Part shown: piece by piece, positions 16,900-21,061 of the stretch
Position numbering within the stretch: position 1 is the stretch's first letter
How the letters are laid out: each line of letters starts with the position of its first letter
Assembly: GCA_043813605.1 (NCBI GenBank)
Contig: JBDRKX010000001.1
Location: 1 to 21,061 of the forward strand
Direction: 5' to 3'
Origin: Elusimicrobiota bacterium
Lineage (GTDB): Bacteria; CG03; SLGR01; JBDRKX01
Length of the DNA: 21,061 nt
The notes under the pieces: model-generated
What the model saw: the letters and a program-made list of their open reading frames with translations, nothing else
Told to the model about the DNA's origin: nothing
Databases searched by the model: none
Program-made: the position numbers and the translations under genes

Positions 16900-17870
16900 T
16901 CCTTCAAATCAGTTTTGGAAATTTTCGCTTCATCACGCAGTTCCCTTAAGAATTTTTCGTACTGTTTCTCCATCTTCATCTGATAAAGAAGGCTTTTAAG
17001 CTTGTCTTTTGCTTCGGAAAAAGTCTTTTTTTCACTGCTCCTTTTACCGATAAGTTTGATAACATGATAACCGAATCTGGTCTTGACCGGTTTACTTATG
17101 TCTCCGACTTCCATGGCAAAAGCCACTTCTTCAAATTCTTTCACCATTTCTCCTTTGGAAAAATAGCCAAGATCCCCCCCCTGGGAAGCAGAAGGCCCCT
17201 CAGAATGTTCTTCTGCAAAACTGCTGAATTTGGAAGGATCTTTCTTCGCCATCTCATATATCTCGTCTATTTTTTTCTTCGATTCCTCCTGCGGCCGCTC
17301 TTCGCTTGTCGTTATCAATATATGCCTCACCCGGATCTGTTCGGGAGACATCATCTCGCTTTGGTGTTCATCATAGTAAATTTTCAGTTCTTCGTCCGGC
17401 GGTGGAGATATCTTCCCATTAACATTCTGGTTTATCAGTTTTATAACCATCAGCTGATTACGTACATTCTGCCGGAATTTTTCCCCTGTCATAGCCTGTT
17501 TTGATATTTCGTTCTGGAACTCCATCTCACTCGGAAAACGCCCGCTTATCTCATCTACACCCTGGTCGACTTCAGCATCTGTCACACGGATATTGTCTTT
17601 TTCCGCTTTTTCTATCAGGAGCTTTTCATCTATCATCTGTTCCAGTATATTCGCTTTGAGCTCATTTATCTTATTATCTTTATCCGGACTGGTAAGAACT
17701 TTCTGGTATTCGTCTATTATGGCTTTTGCCCTGCTGTTGTATTCCGAAAGCAGTATAACCTTACCGTTCACCCGGGCAATGACCTTGTCTACGACTTTTT
17801 CTTCAGCATACAACTGATATGCGCATACGCTTAATAAGTATATTGCAAAACCTAATATTTTTTTACTCAT
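16896..17870 (-). CDS. surA: SurA-like periplasmic chaperone/parvulin PPIase
   Basis: Signal peptide; VVDKVIARVNGKVILLSE (SurA N-domain); one parvulin domain VRHILI...GGDLGYF...PVKTRFGYHVIK; upstream of pdxA-rsmA. Confidence 0.8.
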   Translation of the reverse strand: MSKKILGFAIYLLSVCAYQLYAEEKVVDKVIARVNGKVILLSEYNSRAKAIIDEYQKVLTSPDKDNKINELKANILEQMIDEKLLIEKAEKDNIRVTDAEVDQGVDEISGRFPSEMEFQNEISKQAMTGEKFRQNVRNQLMVIKLINQNVNGKISPPPDEELKIYYDEHQSEMMSPEQIRVRHILITTSEERPQEESKKKIDEIYEMAKKDPSKFSSFAEEHSEGPSASQGGDLGYFSKGEMVKEFEEVAFAMEVGDISKPVKTRFGYHVIKLIGKRSSEKKTFSEAKDKLKSLLYQMKMEKQYEKFLRELRDEAKISKTDLKE

Positions 17871-18729
17871 TTTCCTTTTCCTCTTTATCTTCTTCCGTTA
17901 ATTTGATATCGTCAAGCACTTCGTAGTTCACTTTTACATTATAATCTCCACGGTACTGTTCGATAACAGAATTAAACTTCTCTTTTTCCAGTCTTATCCC
18001 GATCTCTTCCTTTGCTTCTTCAAAACTTTTCTCACGGCCCCGGCGCCTCCCGGTAAGTTGTGCGATATGATATCCAAAAGGTGTCTTAATGATGTCACTT
18101 ATATCGCCTACTTTTTTTAAGCTGAAAACCTCTTTTTCAAACTCCGGAGGAAGCATCTCGCCCCTTCCGAAATATCCCAGGTCCCCGCCGCTTATCGCCG
18201 TTATCGTATCTATGGAATATTCGTTGGCGAGTTTTTCAAAAGATACCCTCTTTGAAAGTTCCGTCATGACTTCTTTAGCGGTTTTTTCATCACTCAATAA
18301 TATATGACTGACTTTTATCTGCTCGGGATTCAGAAAGTTTTCTTTGTTCTCTTCATAATTATCCCTCACTTCCTGATCGGAAATACGGATAACTTCCCTC
18401 TGCAGATAATCCATCACCGAAGCCAAAAGGATCTCCCTCTTAGCATCCTTCAACCGCTGAATTACTTCCGGCCTTTTGTGTACATTGAGGTTTTCGCACT
18501 TCTGCAGCAGGACTTCTTCCTTTATTATCCCGGAAAGATACTGCCTTTTGCCGCCTTCAGTGGATATGAAACCGAGATAATAATCAGGCAGTTCTTTTAT
18601 TCTCCTTTTGAATTCGCTGGAAGTTATTTTCCTTGATCCTACATATGCGACTATGTCTTCCCGGCGCTTGCAGCCCGAAGAGAATACCAGCAGCATTATA
18701 AATATTATTATTTGACTTTTTAAAATCAT
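17863..18729 (-). CDS. PpiC/PrsA-type parvulin peptidyl-prolyl isomerase lipoprotein
   Basis: Lipobox SSG|C; VSHILL, GGDLGYF, IKTPFGYHI. Confidence 0.9.
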   Translation of the reverse strand: MILKSQIIIFIMLLVFSSGCKRREDIVAYVGSRKITSSEFKRRIKELPDYYLGFISTEGGKRQYLSGIIKEEVLLQKCENLNVHKRPEVIQRLKDAKREILLASVMDYLQREVIRISDQEVRDNYEENKENFLNPEQIKVSHILLSDEKTAKEVMTELSKRVSFEKLANEYSIDTITAISGGDLGYFGRGEMLPPEFEKEVFSLKKVGDISDIIKTPFGYHIAQLTGRRRGREKSFEEAKEEIGIRLEKEKFNSVIEQYRGDYNVKVNYEVLDDIKLTEEDKEEKENE

Positions 18730-18769
18730 AACAAAAATCTGTTTGAGCCCGTTTCGGACGATTTAATTA

Positions 18770-18798
18770 ATCTTACACAAATTCATATTATAAATCAA
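18770..18798 (-). promoter_or_regulatory. Possible internal promoter for the PPIase-surA-ugp-pdxA-rsmA genes
   Basis: TTGATT (overlapping the apgM stop), 17 nt, TAAGAT; AT-rich context. Confidence 0.35.
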
Positions 18799-20009
18799 GC
18801 ACCGAATTTTTTGAGCCTTCCGGCCTGCGAAAGGAGCAACTGAATAACATCTACAGCATGAAATGTCCCGTATACTCCTCTTAAACAGTCCTGCTCGGTA
18901 AAAGCCAGTTTTTTACATGAATTATTCCTCATACGGGTCCCTTTTATCATGATCGGGTTCGGATGCCATGAATGCGATTTCATAGGTGTAGGAGTAGAAT
19001 GATCTGCAGTCACACAGATAACTTCCGGTGACAACTTTAATATTTTCGGGAGAAATCCGTCAAATTCTTCTATGACTTTTACCTTTGATGCACGGTTACC
19101 ATCTTCTCCGTATGAATCTGTCTTCTTTACATGCAGATAAAAGAAATCGTACCGATCGTATAGTTCTTTCAGTTTATTGACTTCGTCTTCTATACTCACA
19201 AGCCCTTCTATCACATCCATACCTACAAGCCTGGACAGCCCCTTATACATGGGATATGTAGCTATAGCGCACGACTTCAATCCATAACGCTCTTCGAATG
19301 TCCTGATCCCTGGAACTTTTGCCATTCCTCTAAGAAGGCAGGAATTAGCCGGATTTTCATCTTTGAGTATCCGGTTGACACTTGCCATGAACTTATTGGC
19401 AACTTCTTTTGCTTTTTCCGATTCTTTATCAAGAGCCTCCACCGGCCTTTCCTTTAACCCGTTTACTTCAGGGTCGGCATCAAGAAGATTATCAGATAAA
19501 CCTTCACCTCTGAAAACGACAACAAACCTGTGTTCTTTGCCGGGATATACTTTTATATCAACCCCGTTTACAGGCTGCAGGCTTTCTTTTAATTTTGCGC
19601 AGAGGCGCTCATTCTCTTCAGTGGGAATACGCCCGGCGCGCCTGTCTTCTATTATACCGTCACTGCTGCGTGTGGCAAAATTTGCTCTTGCAGCAAGGTC
19701 ATTTCCCGTTAACTTCAGCCCGATCCCGAGCGCTTCGAGCACACCGCGGCCTATTTCATGCTCCAGCGGGTCATACCCGAAAAGAGAAAGATGCGCCGGC
19801 CCCGAACCGGGAGTTATCCCCAGGTCAACCGGTATGGTAAGTCCCAGCTCAGAATTTCCGGCAAGTTCATCCAGGTTAGGGGTAGATGCCTCTTCCAGCG
19901 CTGTTTTCCCCGAAGAATCAGGTATATCTCCCACACCGTCCATAACAACAAGTACTATCTTGGAATCGTTTTTGCTTATCAATTTTGCCAGTTTGTCTTC
20001 ACCAATCAT
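18795..20009 (-). CDS. apgM: 2,3-bisphosphoglycerate-independent phosphoglycerate mutase, archaeal type
   Basis: VMDGVGD, PGSGPAHLSLFGYDP, GRGVLEALG, DRRAGRI, HVKKTDSYGEDG, TADHSTP, HSWHP. Confidence 0.93.
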   Translation of the reverse strand: MIGEDKLAKLISKNDSKIVLVVMDGVGDIPDSSGKTALEEASTPNLDELAGNSELGLTIPVDLGITPGSGPAHLSLFGYDPLEHEIGRGVLEALGIGLKLTGNDLAARANFATRSSDGIIEDRRAGRIPTEENERLCAKLKESLQPVNGVDIKVYPGKEHRFVVVFRGEGLSDNLLDADPEVNGLKERPVEALDKESEKAKEVANKFMASVNRILKDENPANSCLLRGMAKVPGIRTFEERYGLKSCAIATYPMYKGLSRLVGMDVIEGLVSIEDEVNKLKELYDRYDFFYLHVKKTDSYGEDGNRASKVKVIEEFDGFLPKILKLSPEVICVTADHSTPTPMKSHSWHPNPIMIKGTRMRNNSCKKLAFTEQDCLRGVYGTFHAVDVIQLLLSQAGRLKKFGA

Positions 20010-20925
20010 AAGAAGTTCCTTTCTTTTTTTCTACATATTTTCTTGCTGCCTCTCCTGCCGCAGCCCCCTCGCCACAGGCTGATATTACCTGCCTGAGAGA
20101 ACCCCGCCGGCAGTCCCCCGCAGCAAATAAGCCGCCGACAGAAGTCATGTAGTCGTTTCCCGTAACAATAAACCCATTTTCCATTTCTATAATATCACCC
20201 AGAAAAGCAGTCTGCGGTTCGAGCCCGACAAATATAAAAACCCCGGCTACCGCGATACTTGAACCATCGCTGAAACCGATCTGCTCGACAAAATCATCAC
20301 CTTTTATCTCGTTTAATTCTTTTCCCAGCAGCAATTCTATAACTTGATGATTTTCCACTTCTTCCCTGATTTTTTTTATTGCCCTCAACCTGGGCCTCCG
20401 GTGAACCAGGTATACTTTACTGGCAAATTTTGCAAGGAACACCGCCTCTTCACATGCAGTATTGCCTCCCCCTATTACGGCAACCGTCTTATCCCGGAAA
20501 AGAGGTCCGTCGCATACAGCGCAGTAGGAGACTCCCCGGCCGGTAAATTCCTTTTCACCGCTGACACCAAGGGTCTTCATAGATGCACCTGTAGAGATGA
20601 TGATACCCGGCGATTCAACTGACGTCCCCTGCTCTGTCTCTGCCCGGCAGCTATCACTCCCGGTGATAATGGTTTTAACTGTCCCCGCCATAAATTCGGC
20701 ACCGAATTTCTCTGTCTGGGACCTCAGCCTGTTTGAAAGTTCCGCACTCGGTATGCCATCAGGAAATCCAGGGAAATTTTCTATCGCTTCAGACAGCCAC
20801 AACTGCCCGCCCGGCTGTGCTTTTTCGATTATAAGTGTATTCATTCCCGCTCTTGAAGCATATAATCCTGCTGTCAATCCGGCAGGCCCCCCTCCTATTA
20901 TAGTTATATCACGTTTATCTCCCAT
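19999..20925 (-). CDS. trxB: Thioredoxin-disulfide reductase
   Basis: GGGPAG, IENFPGF, GVSYCAVCDG (CxxC), GGGNTA, HRR, FAAGD. Confidence 0.96.
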   Translation of the reverse strand: MGDKRDITIIGGGPAGLTAGLYASRAGMNTLIIEKAQPGGQLWLSEAIENFPGFPDGIPSAELSNRLRSQTEKFGAEFMAGTVKTIITGSDSCRAETEQGTSVESPGIIISTGASMKTLGVSGEKEFTGRGVSYCAVCDGPLFRDKTVAVIGGGNTACEEAVFLAKFASKVYLVHRRPRLRAIKKIREEVENHQVIELLLGKELNEIKGDDFVEQIGFSDGSSIAVAGVFIFVGLEPQTAFLGDIIEMENGFIVTGNDYMTSVGGLFAAGDCRRGSLRQVISACGEGAAAGEAARKYVEKKKGTSYDW

Positions 20926-21061
20926 CTCTAATCACTCTCCTCATCTCTTCATGTATCAGACCGTTACTGGCTATAACTTCTTTCTTGTCCGGTGTATATG
21001 CAGCTCCTGCAAAATCTGTGATCACGCCGCCGGCTTCACGTACTATGAGCATCCCGGAAGC
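20915..21061 (-). CDS. Inositol monophosphatase family protein (SuhB-like), C-terminal 48 aa only
   Basis: Hand translation: ASGMLIVREAGGVITDFAGAAYTPDKKEVIASNGLIHEEMRRVIRDGR*. It matches the IMPase C-terminal motif (WD)xAxGxLIVxEAGG; the stop overlaps the trxB start. Confidence 0.85.
   Translation of the reverse strand, partial: ASGMLIVREAGGVITDFAGAAYTPDKKEVIASNGLIHEEMRRVIRDGR

Overview
A 21 kb chromosomal segment of a bacterium with lipoproteins and a SurA-like chaperone. The lineage cannot be determined here; my unverified impression is Elusimicrobiota/Omnitrophota-like. All credible genes lie on the minus strand. In transcription order (right to left): 'suhB-like fragment, trxB, apgM, PpiC/PrsA-type lipoprotein, surA-like, eukaryote-type UDP-glucose pyrophosphorylase, pdxA, rsmA, stand-alone TM-HAMP protein, phosphohexomutase, eno, ftsB-like, small membrane protein. 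An unusual regulatory/envelope block follows: a divergent sigma70-family factor, a HAMP histidine kinase, an HTH_17-REC response regulator, a lone prepilin, an FtsH paralog lacking a periplasmic domain and a coupled 445-aa lipoprotein. The window ends with queD-queE-queC-queF coupled to ugd, which is truncated at the left edge. I found no tRNA, rRNA, CRISPR or mobile element. The most notable items are the FtsH-paralog/lipoprotein pair, the sigma factor with rewritten -10/-35 recognition residues preceded by a perfect 15-bp inverted repeat, a consensus promoter with an overlapping operator-like palindrome ahead of the regulator/pilin genes, and a candidate leaderless que operon.
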